From positions 1-64,000 of the forward strand of contig JAZDCY010000014.1 in the NCBI GenBank assembly GCA_036679645.1: a DNA stretch of 64,000 nucleotides, read 5' to 3'. The notes under the pieces are model-generated. The model saw only the letters and a list, made by a program, of their open reading frames with translations. It was not told the origin of the DNA and searched no databases. Positions 19,588 through 30,515 of the stretch are shown here, one piece after another. The DNA is from Gemmatimonadota bacterium (GTDB lineage Bacteria; Gemmatimonadota; Gemmatimonadetes; Gemmatimonadales; GWC2-71-9). Both the position numbers and the translations under genes were made by a program. How positions within the stretch are numbered: the first letter of the stretch is position 1; each line of letters starts with the position of its first letter.

Positions 19588-19779
19588 CTCTAACTCCTTG
19601 TAAGGTGGTCCGGGGCAGCGGCGGCGATCCCTGGCGCCGCGCCACTTCGGAACGTGATACAAGATGGGACACCCCCTCCAAGCACCTGACAACCGGAGGC
19701 GAAAAGGAATCAACTCATTGTACGATAGGGAGTTATGAACAGGGCAACTGAGCGTCTGAGCACCCGAGCGTCTACGCGT

Positions 19780-20145
19780 CTAGCCTACCAGCCACTCCTG
19801 CGCCGCATCTCGATCGTCGAAGACCTTGAAGCTGCGACGTGCCAGATTGGTGACCAGCCTAAACACGCTTTTCTCCAATCCCGCAACGCCGACGACCGCA
19901 CCTGCTTTCACGTACGGCTTGTTGTTCTTGGCGAGCCGATAGAGGGCCTTGGCGATGGCGGATGTGGACGTCGAGTCTGTGACGTCGGTGAGGGTGAGCA
20001 GGCTGCCGTCCGCCTGCAACCCTGCGACGAAGGCCATGCCTCTTTCAATGGCCTCGAGTGCGGTGGCTTCGTCGGTGATCCCCGAAAAATCGAAAAGGAG
20101 AATCTGCCGCTCTTTGTATTCGATGAAGCGCACGCGATCGGACAT
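19780..20145 (-). CDS. STAS/SEC14 (SpoIIAA-like) domain protein
   Basis: RFIEYK..ILLFDFS, LTLTDV, KA.AVVG, F.DRDAA.EWL. Confidence 0.75.
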   Translation of the reverse strand: MSDRVRFIEYKERQILLFDFSGITDEATALEAIERGMAFVAGLQADGSLLTLTDVTDSTSTSAIAKALYRLAKNNKPYVKAGAVVGVAGLEKSVFRLVTNLARRSFKVFDDRDAAQEWLVG

Positions 20146-20155
20146 GGGTTAGGTG

Positions 20156-20452
20156 CTAGGCCGATGTCCCCGATTGCGGTAGGCGCCGCTCCTGCTCGGC
20201 GCCTTTCGTTAGCACGCGCTCGGTGAAGTCCATCCGCTCGTGAAGTTCCGCCACCTCGTCCCGCACCGAAAGCATCTGATCCCTCAGCTCCTCGACCGCC
20301 TCCGCAAGCTGGGCCGTACCTGTCTCATTCGCCTGCAACCTGAGCCGTTCCGTCTTGGCACTGAGCCAGATCTTCATACCGATGATGGTGAACGTGCCCA
20401 CGCCGAGCATGGCGAGGAGCGGTGCGATGGCTTCGATCACTGCTTGAGGCAT
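20156..20452 (-). CDS. Small membrane-anchored coiled-coil protein
   Basis: One TM segment followed by ELHERMDFTERVL. Confidence 0.7.
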   Translation of the reverse strand: MPQAVIEAIAPLLAMLGVGTFTIIGMKIWLSAKTERLRLQANETGTAQLAEAVEELRDQMLSVRDEVAELHERMDFTERVLTKGAEQERRLPQSGTSA

Positions 20453-20464
20453 ACGAAGACCCCC

Positions 20465-21145
20465 CTAGAACCCCAAGTCCACCCCAAATTTAGCCAACGT
20501 CATCTGGATCGGCACCTTGACGGTCCCAATCTCCCGATCGAGCCGCTGGAACTCGTACTCCACGCGAACCCTAAATCGGCCGTTGGCCGTACCGAGACCA
20601 GCACCGAGACCCAGCTCCACAGCGAGCGGCGCGTCACCGCCGCCGTTGAATTCCGCGTTGAGGAGGTATGCCCCCCGACCCCATAAGCTACCTATACGTG
20701 CCAACCGCACCTCCGACAGAATCCCGAGCCGGCCCCAACCTATGTCCTGCGCGGCGAACTCCGGATCGACCTCGCGTCGTCCCCCGCCAACCTCGATCGC
20801 GAGGGACTGCGCGATTCTGAAGCTCAGTCGGACATCGCCCTGCAACAGATCGAATTCCTCCACACCCTCGGGCGCGTCGGTCATCTTGGCCGTGTAGCCG
20901 GACAGCTCGAGACCAAACCGCCCCAGCCGCACCGTGATCTGCCCGCCGACGCCAGTACCATCCACGCGACGATTCTCGCTGATCTCCACATGCGATATCC
21001 CCACCGCGTGCACCCCAAACCGCACCGTCTGCGCCGTAGCGATACGTGGAACAATCAGCGCCCCTACCAGCGCCCCTAACAGCGCCCATAACCCCGGGCT
21101 CACGCCCGGGGTTTGGTCGCGCGAGTGGGCATCGCGCCTTCTCAT
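20465..21145 (-). CDS. Putative small outer-membrane beta-barrel protein
   Basis: Signal peptide, alternating beta-strand pattern, C-terminal Phe (GVDLGF). Confidence 0.65.
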   Translation of the reverse strand: MRRRDAHSRDQTPGVSPGLWALLGALVGALIVPRIATAQTVRFGVHAVGISHVEISENRRVDGTGVGGQITVRLGRFGLELSGYTAKMTDAPEGVEEFDLLQGDVRLSFRIAQSLAIEVGGGRREVDPEFAAQDIGWGRLGILSEVRLARIGSLWGRGAYLLNAEFNGGGDAPLAVELGLGAGLGTANGRFRVRVEYEFQRLDREIGTVKVPIQMTLAKFGVDLGF

Positions 21146-22155
21146 CGTTCTTCCCGCCGCTCCACCACCGTCAACACCACCTGCCTCCGTCGCGCGACGT
21201 TCTGCTCGACGATCCGGCTGTTCTCGGCGGCCAACTGTTCGCGTAGCAACCGGTTGAAGTCGATGTTGGCCTCGACCGGAACGGGGTCCGGCTTACGCAG
21301 GCTCAGAAACAGCCCTACGCCAACCGTGAGCAACGTGACACCACCAATCTCGCGACGCTCGCCACCGCCCAGGGTCGTGTTCTCGAGCGCTAGCGACGCG
21401 CCGGCGGTCACACCCGCGAACAGTACCGCAAGCCCGAGCGGCTTGAAGCCGCGCGGCGGCGAGACCGATTCGGGCCGTTCCGTGTAACCCGGCAGGCTCG
21501 CGAGGTGCTGCGCGGTATCGACGGCTCCGTGCAGGACGACGACGTCGATTGCGGCGGAGAACTCGCTCGATCCCTCGAAGGCAGTCACGATCACCTGATA
21601 GAGCCCTGCGGGAACCGGATTCCCATCGGGACCGATGCCGCGCCAATCGACCCGTGCGGCGCCGCCGACATTCTGTGAGTCGACCACCATATCGAGCCCC
21701 GAGCCGACGACGCGCGTCATCACTCGTGCCGAGCGGGAGAGCTGGAACCGGACGGGCGCGCCGCCCTGCCCCGCAATGAACGTGGCGGAATCGACGCCGA
21801 GCCGGCGTACGACGAGCACCTGGCCGAGCGCCGAGGCATACAGCGAGGTGATGCGCGGCGAGACCTGCTCCACGTCGGGTTCCCGGTCGGGATCGAGAAA
21901 GATGAGCTGCTTGAACGCCTCGACGGCTTGCCGAGTCGAATCCAGTGCGCCATAGGCCATCCCAAGCAACTCGGTTGTGATGACGCGGTCGTCGCGACCT
22001 ATGCGCTGCGTCAGGGCGCGTTGTCCCAGCGTGATGGCCGCCGCGAAATCGAGCGCGTCATACGCCGCCTTTGCCCGCACGACGTCCGGGTGCTCCTGCG
22101 CCAGCGCTGTGGTGGGGGCAGCGAACATCACGAGCAGCAGTAGTACGCGGCGCAT
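21142..22155 (-). CDS. Secreted TPR + FlgD-Ig-like protein with C-terminal hydrophobic hairpin
   Basis: Signal peptide, TPR-like N-terminus, W.G...G.PVPAGLY. Confidence 0.7.
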   Translation of the reverse strand: MRRVLLLLVMFAAPTTALAQEHPDVVRAKAAYDALDFAAAITLGQRALTQRIGRDDRVITTELLGMAYGALDSTRQAVEAFKQLIFLDPDREPDVEQVSPRITSLYASALGQVLVVRRLGVDSATFIAGQGGAPVRFQLSRSARVMTRVVGSGLDMVVDSQNVGGAARVDWRGIGPDGNPVPAGLYQVIVTAFEGSSEFSAAIDVVVLHGAVDTAQHLASLPGYTERPESVSPPRGFKPLGLAVLFAGVTAGASLALENTTLGGGERREIGGVTLLTVGVGLFLSLRKPDPVPVEANIDFNRLLREQLAAENSRIVEQNVARRRQVVLTVVERREER

Positions 22156-23765
22156 CAGCTACCTCCCCGCGTCAATGGCTTGTTGATCCGGGTTTCCTCT
22201 CTCGCCGTGATCGTCACGGTGTCGATTATCGTTTGAAATCCTTCACGGCTGATTCGCACGACATGCTGGCCCACCGACAGCTCCATCCGTACCTGCGGTG
22301 TGTCACCGATGAACTGCTCATCGACGTACACCGTCCCGTAGGGCGTCGTGTTGACGGTGAGAAACCCGATGCGCGGCACGACCGGAACGGGACGGGGACG
22401 CTGCGGACGTGGTCGCACAGGTGTGGGAACGGGGGCGGGGGCTTGCTGTTGCTCCCTCGGTTGGGAGCGCGCCGGTGGCGGCTCTGGATCACGTGTCACC
22501 GTAGTGTCGAGCAATTCCGGTTGCGCCACGACCGTTGTCTGGGAATCGATCCCGGTGACCGGCGGCGACGGTGACTCACCCTCTGGGACATTCACCACAC
22601 GCACGCCGGCACGCTCGAGCAACGTGTTGCCGTACGGCGTGAAAACGAGCATGGCGGCCGCTGCGAGCGCAATGGCCACCACGGAGAGCAACGCCGGCAC
22701 GACGCGCCGTTTGCGCGATGGACCCGTGACGACGGTAGCATGCGAGACCTCCGTGGGCGCCTCACTGGACGTGAGCGACTGCCGCCCTACCATGCCGGCG
22801 CTCTCCCGTGTCTCGGGCTCCACCGGGTGCGCCGGCCACACGGCCGTTGCCATCGCTTCCATGTTGGGGAACCGATGCGCGGGGTCCTTGGCCATCGCGC
22901 GGCGTATTGCGGCCGTGAGGAAGGACGGAATGTCCGGGCGCAGTTGCTCGATCGGTGTCGGGTCCTCGAAGACGTGCTTGTAGATGATCGTGTGGACCGA
23001 ATCGTCCTCGAACGGAAGTCGGCCCGTGAGCATCCGATACCCCACCACGCCCAGCGAGTACTGGTCGCTGGCATGGCTGACATCGTCACCCTTCGCCTGC
23101 TCGGGGCTCATGTAGTGCGGCGTGCCGATGACCTGGCCGGTGGCGGTGAACTGCGAGGCGGACTGCAGGGCCTTGGAGATCCCGAAGTCGGTCAGCATGA
23201 CGCGACCGGTCTGGTCGACCATGATGTTGGCGGGCTTGATGTCGCGGTGGACGACGCCGCGCGCATGCGCATGCCCCAGGGCAACGGCCGCTTCCCAGAC
23301 GATGCGTTGTGTAAGCTCGACAGGGACCGACCCCGTACCGATGACGCTGTCGAGCCCGCGGCCCGACACGTATTTCATCACGAAGAAGTGGAGATCCCCC
23401 TCGCTCTCGACCGCGTAGATCGGGATGATTCCGGGATGGTCGAGCTTGGCAGCCGTGCGGGCTTCCCGCTTGAACCGGCCCACGAACTGCTCGTCGCTGG
23501 CAAGCTCGGGCGGGAGCACCTTGATCGCTACCTGCCGGTCCAGCTTGCGGTCGTGGGCGAGGAACACCGCCCCCATACCGCCGCGGCCGAGCATGTCCTC
23601 GACGTCGTAGTGTCCCTCCACCACGTCGCGCAACAGCGCCGCGATGTCAGCGCTCTTCGCCCCGGTACGGGGAGCACTTGTGGGATCGGACGAATCTACG
23701 CCGCAGGTTGGGCAGAACCGACTCCCGTCCGGAAGCGGCGTATGACAGTGGGTGCAGGCGGTCAC
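22155..23765 (-). CDS. Membrane Ser/Thr kinase with zinc ribbon and C-terminal PEGA domain
   Basis: CTHC..CPTC, GRGGMG, HRDIKPAN, DFG, TM segment, VYVD...GDTP.....GQH.V.ISREGF. Confidence 0.93.
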   Translation of the reverse strand: MTACTHCHTPLPDGSRFCPTCGVDSSDPTSAPRTGAKSADIAALLRDVVEGHYDVEDMLGRGGMGAVFLAHDRKLDRQVAIKVLPPELASDEQFVGRFKREARTAAKLDHPGIIPIYAVESEGDLHFFVMKYVSGRGLDSVIGTGSVPVELTQRIVWEAAVALGHAHARGVVHRDIKPANIMVDQTGRVMLTDFGISKALQSASQFTATGQVIGTPHYMSPEQAKGDDVSHASDQYSLGVVGYRMLTGRLPFEDDSVHTIIYKHVFEDPTPIEQLRPDIPSFLTAAIRRAMAKDPAHRFPNMEAMATAVWPAHPVEPETRESAGMVGRQSLTSSEAPTEVSHATVVTGPSRKRRVVPALLSVVAIALAAAAMLVFTPYGNTLLERAGVRVVNVPEGESPSPPVTGIDSQTTVVAQPELLDTTVTRDPEPPPARSQPREQQQAPAPVPTPVRPRPQRPRPVPVVPRIGFLTVNTTPYGTVYVDEQFIGDTPQVRMELSVGQHVVRISREGFQTIIDTVTITAREETRINKPLTRGGS

Positions 23766-25405
23766 CGCAGCCGCTCCGGCCGGAACCAGGCAGGCAAGTG
23801 CGGGACACGCGGAGCCGCTGCGCGCTTCCCTGCCAGCGTCTCTAGTCGCTCGGTCAACGTGTGCTGGCGCGACAGCGCCACCGAGGTCGGCACGCCGACG
23901 CCGGTGGCGCTCGTGAGCGTGTACCGTGTCGGTACACCTACGAAATCGAAAACCACGAGAAAATAGTCGCCCGCCGGCAACACGGCCGACACTGTTTCGC
24001 TTGCGCCGGACAGCGCACCGACATCCACCACAACCAGCGAATCGGGCCGGAAGTCGCGCACCAGGTAGAGGTCGATATCGGGTTCCTCGTCCGCGAAGCT
24101 GGGAGCGACCGTCGTCGCTGTGGCCGTGAACGTGAACGGCTGAGGCGTCCCGGTCACGGTGAAGCGGAACCAGTCGATATCGTGCGGGTTGTCGATTGTG
24201 AGATTCACCGTTCCGGTTTGCGCGACCGGTGTGGCAACATCACAGTAGTCGTTCTCTTCTGCCGGATCGGCTGGCAACACCGATAGGTACGACGACGCCA
24301 CGAGCAGTTCGTACGAGGCCGGCGTTCCCTGCGGCTCGTAGGGCGCAAGGATATGGAATGTCCCGGCGGGGAGATCTTTGAGGGCGATGATCGACAGCGG
24401 GAACAACACCTCGCTGATCTGCACCGGCTCGCCGTTCTGCGAGAACTCCAGACGGTTGCAGAAGTACGATTCAGGACCGATCGCCCACGAGTCCCGCCCA
24501 ATGATATAGCTCTGGATCGATCCGATCCAAGCGAGCGAATCTGTAACGAAGATCCCGAACGACTGCGCGCCGGCGTTCTCGCTGAAGAAGATGAGCGTGC
24601 GGTCCTGCGCGGTCGTGTTCTCGAATGTGAACCAGTCGGCCGGATTCACGTCGGCCGCCACGCCCTCGTTGCGCTGGCGTGGCTCGAAGGCTAGCGCCGG
24701 ATTGAAGAAGCCATCGGGTATCGGGCCGAGCGCGGCCGGAACGGTATCGTTGGGCTCGTAGAGATCGCGTTGCACCACCTGAATCGTGTCGGGGACGATG
24801 AGTCCGCCATTGAACCCTAGCAGCGTGAGCACCGAGCGACGCTCTGCCGGCGGCGGAACCCAGATGCTGAGTCGCGCCTCGCCCTCGGGCCGATCGGGGT
24901 CAACCGGTACGAACTCCGATACGGGAGCATCCACGTCCTGCTCGTTGAAGCCGGTAAACGTGATCGAGAAGAGCGCATTGGTATCGAGTCCGACCCCGTA
25001 GATGTTCAACACCTCGCCAAATCGGACATTCGCAGGCCGAATGCTGTCGACCTCGAGCAGGCCTCGGACCCGCGTCTCCTGCGTGAACTGCTCCGCATCC
25101 GCAAAGGCAATCGCCGAGACGGTGACCGTTGCCGTGCCAACCCCAACCGCCCGCAGGAAGCCCGACGTATCGATGCTAATGACCGTCTGGTCGCTCGATG
25201 CAAACGAGACGATGGCATTCGGAACCGCGGCTCCACTCGCGTCCAGGACGCGAGCCACCAATTCCATGCTGTCCTTGAGAAGGAGACTCGGGATTGGATC
25301 TACCTCGACGCGAATCTCATCGGACCGATCGGTCGGCGTTACACAAGCGGCGGGACCGAGCGTCGCGACGAGTACGAGAGCGGGAAATCCGCGGAATGGC
25401 GTCAT
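23762..25405 (-). CDS. Lipoprotein with Big_2, IPT-like and PPC-like domains
   Basis: Lipobox GPAAC, SSDQTV..I...G, YEPND, D.DWF.F, DIDLY. Confidence 0.75.
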   Translation of the reverse strand: MTPFRGFPALVLVATLGPAACVTPTDRSDEIRVEVDPIPSLLLKDSMELVARVLDASGAAVPNAIVSFASSDQTVISIDTSGFLRAVGVGTATVTVSAIAFADAEQFTQETRVRGLLEVDSIRPANVRFGEVLNIYGVGLDTNALFSITFTGFNEQDVDAPVSEFVPVDPDRPEGEARLSIWVPPPAERRSVLTLLGFNGGLIVPDTIQVVQRDLYEPNDTVPAALGPIPDGFFNPALAFEPRQRNEGVAADVNPADWFTFENTTAQDRTLIFFSENAGAQSFGIFVTDSLAWIGSIQSYIIGRDSWAIGPESYFCNRLEFSQNGEPVQISEVLFPLSIIALKDLPAGTFHILAPYEPQGTPASYELLVASSYLSVLPADPAEENDYCDVATPVAQTGTVNLTIDNPHDIDWFRFTVTGTPQPFTFTATATTVAPSFADEEPDIDLYLVRDFRPDSLVVVDVGALSGASETVSAVLPAGDYFLVVFDFVGVPTRYTLTSATGVGVPTSVALSRQHTLTERLETLAGKRAAAPRVPHLPAWFRPERLR

Positions 25406-25490
25406 GCGTAGTACACGTTGTTGGGATTAGCGGTGGCCGTCAAGCAACTGTGTTCACTCTAGCGAGTATCGGCCTCCGCCGCCGGGCGCT

Positions 25491-25835
25491 TTACGCTTGT
25501 GTCCTGGCCACTAACCCGGCGAGGGCGGCCGCCGCACCAGCCAAGATAGCCGGATAGACAAGGACTGCGGTGACGAGCACCGCGCCGGGGACGCCCATCG
25601 CCCCACCCGCCATGTCCGCCAACGATCCGACGGGTCCCCGGAGCGCGGTTACGCCCAGGAGGAGCACCCAGGCAAGGCTCGCCGAAACCGCGGCGGTCAG
25701 CGCCGGAAATCCCTCACCTTGGCGGGAGAACCCCCAGCCCGCACCGATGAGCGGCACCGTCCACCACCCCAGCCAGACGGTCGCGATGAGCGTCACGAGC
25801 GACAGCACGCCGATCTCCAGCCACTGCCGCTTCAC
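25491..25835 (-). CDS. Small membrane protein
   Basis: Hydrophobic 114 aa ORF overlapping the acylase stop. Confidence 0.7.
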   Translation of the reverse strand: MKRQWLEIGVLSLVTLIATVWLGWWTVPLIGAGWGFSRQGEGFPALTAAVSASLAWVLLLGVTALRGPVGSLADMAGGAMGVPGAVLVTAVLVYPAILAGAAAALAGLVARTQA

Positions 25836-28333
25836 GGACGCACCGACCGGATCGTGAACGATCCCGCAGTGGTTTCCCGAGCCAGTTCCGCAGCGGTGCG
25901 CGGGAACGGGAGCGGATCGAGCCCGCCGTCCGCCCAGAGCTGCAAGCGATCCTTGTACCAGCGACTCGTGGGGTTGCCCGACTGCCCACCGGGGTAAACG
26001 CCCCAGGCCCGCACCTCCGGCCCGAGTTCAACCACCATGCGCCAACTCGGCCCGTGCGTGCCGCGTTCTGACATCTGGGGTATCGTGCCGCGGCCACCCC
26101 GTACCGGGAGGTCGAGTGCCGAGAGACTGGAGAAACGCAGCAGGTGGTAGATATTGGCCGTGCCGACCCTGCCCCAACGCCAGCCACCGTCGGCGGGCTC
26201 CCCGTAGCGCTCGATCGCCTCCCGATACCCCGCGATGAGGCTTGCGACAATGACGGCATCGCGCGACTCGACCGTCTCCGCGGTACGACGATCGTCCCAC
26301 CAGACACTGGTCGGGTCGCCGAGCAGCACCGCCAGCACGTCCTCACCGGGCGTCATGACGCGCCGCCCGAGCGTGTCTCCCGGAACGAGCAGCTCGTCCC
26401 ATGTTGCGTCCTTCAGCGCACCGAGCACCAACTCAAACAGCACCGCCCGCTCGTTGTCGGGCACGTACTGTCCATCCCACTCGCCGAGCAGACGAGCGGC
26501 CTCTATTGCCTCGCTGCCGACGAGCGCCGGCGACGCGCTCTCTACGGCACTCAACATCGCTGGCAGAAACTGCTCCACCCGCGCGCTCCCGGGATCTACC
26601 TGATACCGTCGCATGGCATCGGGCGTCACGGCCGAGTCGGCACGCAGGAGTTGGTTGATCCGCATCGCGCGCCACGGTGCGGGCCAGCGCGCACCGAAGT
26701 AGGTAGAGTCGGTAGCTGGATCCACCGGCTGCTGATTCGCGGACACGAGGAATCCCTGCTCGGGGTTTCGCGACAGCGGGTAGCGCGATACGGGCAAGAA
26801 GCCCTGCCAATCCGACGAGCTGGTCGAGCCGTCGAACAGCGTGAACCCGGCCCGACCGCCCGGTCGAATTGGGTAAGCTCCGGGCAGGAACATGGCGATC
26901 TCGCCGGATCGATCGGCCACTACGCCGTTCTGAATGGGCGCGAGGTGAAACTCCATTGCGCCCAGCCAGTCGCCAACCGAGCGCGCGTCTATCATGTCGA
27001 GGAACGGACGCAGTCCCACCTCTTGGTCCAGCACCGTCCAGCGGACCGAACGCGCACCGAGAGAATCGCGCCGCAGCGGGCCACGATGCGTGTAGTAGAG
27101 GGTGTCGGTAGCAAGCAGCTTGCCGTGCGGCCCAAAGTACTCCTCGATCTCCCGCTTGAGCGGGATCCACACGCCGTCCAACTCGTACTGGGTGGGCCGA
27201 TCCAGGTTGTCGAGCGTCTCCGCGTAGTAGTCGAGCACATCGGCGCCGGTGTTCGTGAAGCTCCAAGCGACGTCGCGGTTGAAGCCGATCAACACGCCGG
27301 GAGCACCGGGGAACGTGACGCCGTAGACGTCGAGCGCCTCGGGCACGACCAGGTGCGCCTCGTACCAGACCGACGGGAGCGTCAGGTCGAGGTGCGGGTC
27401 ACCCGCCAGCAGGGCATAGCCGTTGGCGGTTCGCTGGGGAGCGACGGCCCAGTTGTTGGATGCCTCCCGATCCGTGCGGCGATGCGACGGCAGCGCACCG
27501 TCACGCGGGAGCGTGGTCGCCGCGTCACCCAACACGGGGGCGGGGGCGGGGGCGGGGGCGGGCAACGGACGCAAGTCCACGCGCGGGCTATCTCGTCCGG
27601 TGGGGATGACCGGTTCGTGAATCCGCGCCGCCTCCCCGATCAGCGCATCGGCGGCCGCGCGGCCCACCCGCTCGACCAGACGGGCATAGGTACGGTCGGG
27701 ATGCGAGTAGGCCAGCGTGTAGCTCATCCGCTTGCTGAACAGGAATGTGCGATACGGATTCCAGCGCTCTGGTTTGGCGTTCAGGAGACGGTACTCGAGC
27801 GGAAGATCGGCGGGCCCCATTGCGTCTATCCACGCGTTGACGCCGTCCGCATAGGCGATCAGCTGCCGGCCTTCTTCGGAAGTGCTGTCGAGTGCCGCGG
27901 CATCACGCCGCGCGGACCACGCCAGTCCCAGCGCACGCTGTTCGGAATCGCACGCGAGCGCGCTCTTGCCAAACCACTCCGCCAGCCTGCCTGCCGCGGC
28001 GCGCGTCGTAAGCTCCAACTGAAAGAGCCGGAACCGCGCGTGCAGGTACCCGAGCGCCCGGTAGGCGTCCTCGACGTTGCGGGCGAAGATGTGAGGGACC
28101 GCCCGGTTGTCGAAAACGACGGTTACGGAGTCGGTCACGCCCGGGATCCGAACGGTGCCCCCGGGCAGTTCGCGCTGGGCGGCAACCGCCCAGATACCGG
28201 CAGTCGGATGGAGGAACGTCCCTAGCGGCGGCAGCGGACCGAGGGAACGGAACCCGCCGTAGAGCGCGACACCCAGCAGGAGGGCGGGCAGAACTACCTG
28301 GAGGATCGATACCAGCCGCGCTTTCCCGTTCAT
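25832..28333 (-). CDS. Penicillin acylase family (S45) Ntn-hydrolase
   Basis: VPHIFA, GYLHA..RLFQ, SNNW, GDPHL, PGGQSG. Confidence 0.95.
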   Translation of the reverse strand: MNGKARLVSILQVVLPALLLGVALYGGFRSLGPLPPLGTFLHPTAGIWAVAAQRELPGGTVRIPGVTDSVTVVFDNRAVPHIFARNVEDAYRALGYLHARFRLFQLELTTRAAAGRLAEWFGKSALACDSEQRALGLAWSARRDAAALDSTSEEGRQLIAYADGVNAWIDAMGPADLPLEYRLLNAKPERWNPYRTFLFSKRMSYTLAYSHPDRTYARLVERVGRAAADALIGEAARIHEPVIPTGRDSPRVDLRPLPAPAPAPAPVLGDAATTLPRDGALPSHRRTDREASNNWAVAPQRTANGYALLAGDPHLDLTLPSVWYEAHLVVPEALDVYGVTFPGAPGVLIGFNRDVAWSFTNTGADVLDYYAETLDNLDRPTQYELDGVWIPLKREIEEYFGPHGKLLATDTLYYTHRGPLRRDSLGARSVRWTVLDQEVGLRPFLDMIDARSVGDWLGAMEFHLAPIQNGVVADRSGEIAMFLPGAYPIRPGGRAGFTLFDGSTSSSDWQGFLPVSRYPLSRNPEQGFLVSANQQPVDPATDSTYFGARWPAPWRAMRINQLLRADSAVTPDAMRRYQVDPGSARVEQFLPAMLSAVESASPALVGSEAIEAARLLGEWDGQYVPDNERAVLFELVLGALKDATWDELLVPGDTLGRRVMTPGEDVLAVLLGDPTSVWWDDRRTAETVESRDAVIVASLIAGYREAIERYGEPADGGWRWGRVGTANIYHLLRFSSLSALDLPVRGGRGTIPQMSERGTHGPSWRMVVELGPEVRAWGVYPGGQSGNPTSRWYKDRLQLWADGGLDPLPFPRTAAELARETTAGSFTIRSVRP

Positions 28334-28338
28334 GTCGG

Positions 28339-29547
28339 CTAGCGCGCCACCTGGACTGTCGCGACGCGCACGCGCCCATCTTGGGCGTCGGTCCACGCCA
28401 CGATCACGTCGCCACCGCTCGTGACCAGCCGCGGGAACCCGGAGGCGCGCGCCGCGGACGTCACGGCGACAGCGTGCGGCCGCCCGACGTTCCCCTCCGC
28501 GTCCAAGGTGCGCATTTTGATCTCCGCTCCCTCTGCCAGCTCCTCGATCCAGGAGATCGCCGCCGTGCGGTCGTCGAGAAACACGATATCGGTGCGACCG
28601 GTTGGGCGCCCGTCGTCGATGCGCAGCCGCTCACCAAACGAGGCACCGCCGTCGTGCGAGATAGCCGCGTACGCCCGCGCCTTATCGTTCGCGCCAGTGA
28701 ACCACGCGACCATCACCAGGTTCCCGCGTGCCGCCACAGCGGGGCCGTTGACGGGACACCCGGGGTAATACCATCCGTCGTCCGCTACCTTCGCAGGTAG
28801 GCTCCACGCGCCATCGACGAACCGCGCGACGCCAATATCGCGGATCTCTTCTTCCGACCGATCCCTGTAGACCGCGACGAGACCATCCGTGGTGCGTGCC
28901 AGGTCGGCCTGACAACAATCGCAGATGCGTCCATCCACTTCGACGTCCGGTGCCGGCGTACCGTCTGCGTCGAGCGTCGTGAACCGGAGCGTCATCGCAC
29001 CCGTAGCGGCATGGCCATCGCTCTCCACGGGTCCCCTCGTGTTACGCCCGTCAAGCCAGATCAGGCCCGCCCCGTCTTCCCATGGCACCAGTGCGACGAA
29101 CCCGTGTTCGGTTGGCGACAGATCGCCGTGAGGGACGAACGGCGCGCCCCACGTTACACCACTATCGTGCGAGATGGCCAGCTTCACGTGATATGCGTAC
29201 GTATTAGAGGCAGTCTTCTGGAGCCAGTGCGCGACCATGCGTCCATTGGGTAGCGCGGTGACCGAGGGGAAGTCCGCCCAGTTCACGAACAGCGAGTCGT
29301 TCTCAACCGGCGTACCGACGACATGCCATGTGCCTTCCGTGCGCACCGCCACACGGAGTGCGTGCCGATCGTGGTCGGTGGGCTCTAGCCATGTGAGCAC
29401 CGGAACGTCGCCGGCCAGCGCCAAATTCGGCGCCAGCGACCCCGGTGGAGCGACGAACTCGACCTCCCCAACCGTGAACGTGCCGCCAGCCGGTGCACAC
29501 GCCGCGGCGACCAAGACCGCCACACCAAACACGGCTCGACGCGTCAT
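28339..29547 (-). CDS. BNR/sialidase-like beta-propeller lipoprotein
   Basis: Lipobox VAAAC, VNWADFP, S.DSG.TW, CDCC, GCPVNGP. Confidence 0.85.
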   Translation of the reverse strand: MTRRAVFGVAVLVAAACAPAGGTFTVGEVEFVAPPGSLAPNLALAGDVPVLTWLEPTDHDRHALRVAVRTEGTWHVVGTPVENDSLFVNWADFPSVTALPNGRMVAHWLQKTASNTYAYHVKLAISHDSGVTWGAPFVPHGDLSPTEHGFVALVPWEDGAGLIWLDGRNTRGPVESDGHAATGAMTLRFTTLDADGTPAPDVEVDGRICDCCQADLARTTDGLVAVYRDRSEEEIRDIGVARFVDGAWSLPAKVADDGWYYPGCPVNGPAVAARGNLVMVAWFTGANDKARAYAAISHDGGASFGERLRIDDGRPTGRTDIVFLDDRTAAISWIEELAEGAEIKMRTLDAEGNVGRPHAVAVTSAARASGFPRLVTSGGDVIVAWTDAQDGRVRVATVQVAR

Positions 29548-30382
29548 CTACCCTCCTCCAAGCTTGCATACACGAAGCCGACATACCGCGCCGCGGCATC
29601 GGCGTCTCCCCACTCCGCCCACTCAGCCGTCACACCCATCTCCTGGATCTCTTCGAGTGACTGCCCCGATGCCATGGCCAGTGCTACGCGCTCGCGCGTC
29701 GTGGCGAGGAAGGACCGATAGGCCACGAGATCGGCACGGGTCGCCAGGGGTCCGTGACCGGGAATGATCTTGGTGTCCCACCGATTCCGCCCCCCGTCTG
29801 CACATCGATGAACGGGAAGCGTTGGTTGAAGAACGTGTCGCCCATGTGCACCACGTTCACGTTGCGGAAGTGCACGATCACATCGCCGTCAGTGTGCGCG
29901 TGCGGTACATGGAAGACGTGCAACTCGTCGCCATTGAGATAGAACGTCGTCGTCGCCGAGAACGTGACAACGGGCAACGCACTCTCCGGAGAGGCGGGCT
30001 GCCGGTAGTCGATGGCCTCGATAAACTGATCCACGCTCATCCGCCGGCGCACGTTGTCGTGTGCGAAGATCAATACGCCGGCGTTGCCCAGATTCTCGTT
30101 GCCGCCGGTGTGGTCTCCGTGCCAGTGCGTGTTGAGCACGAAACGGATCTTCCCATCGGCGAATTCGCGGATGGCGGCAACGATGCGATCTGTCAGAGGG
30201 GCGAACTGGTCGTCGATGAGAAACACACCGTCTGCCCCATAAGCCACACCGATGTTCCCACCCTGGCCCAGCAGCATCTTGACCCCGGGCCCGACGTCGA
30301 CCACCTCGATACGGACGTCCTCCTGGCCCGCGAGCGGAGTTGTTGCACACATGAACACGGCGAGAGCGACGACCAAGCGCAT
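29544..30382 (-). pseudogene. MBL-fold metallo-hydrolase (cyclase-like) with short deletion and frameshift near 29778
   Basis: THWHGDH, HTDGD and HMGD are in one frame; DTKIIPGHG and the C-terminus continue in another frame, and the intervening helix is missing. Confidence 0.85.
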
Positions 30383-30515
30383 CTAGTCCCCCACTGACTG
30401 AAGGGCGGAAAGTAGGATGATAAGTTAGCAACCTTCCGCCATTCCGCCATTCCACCTTCCCGACTACCCTCCATTCCGCCTTATTATCCCACATCCCGCC
30501 GCCAGCAGGTACCTC

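Noticed and set aside
26144..28225. 693-aa plus-strand ORF
   Set aside because: Antisense shadow of the penicillin acylase gene; no motifs.
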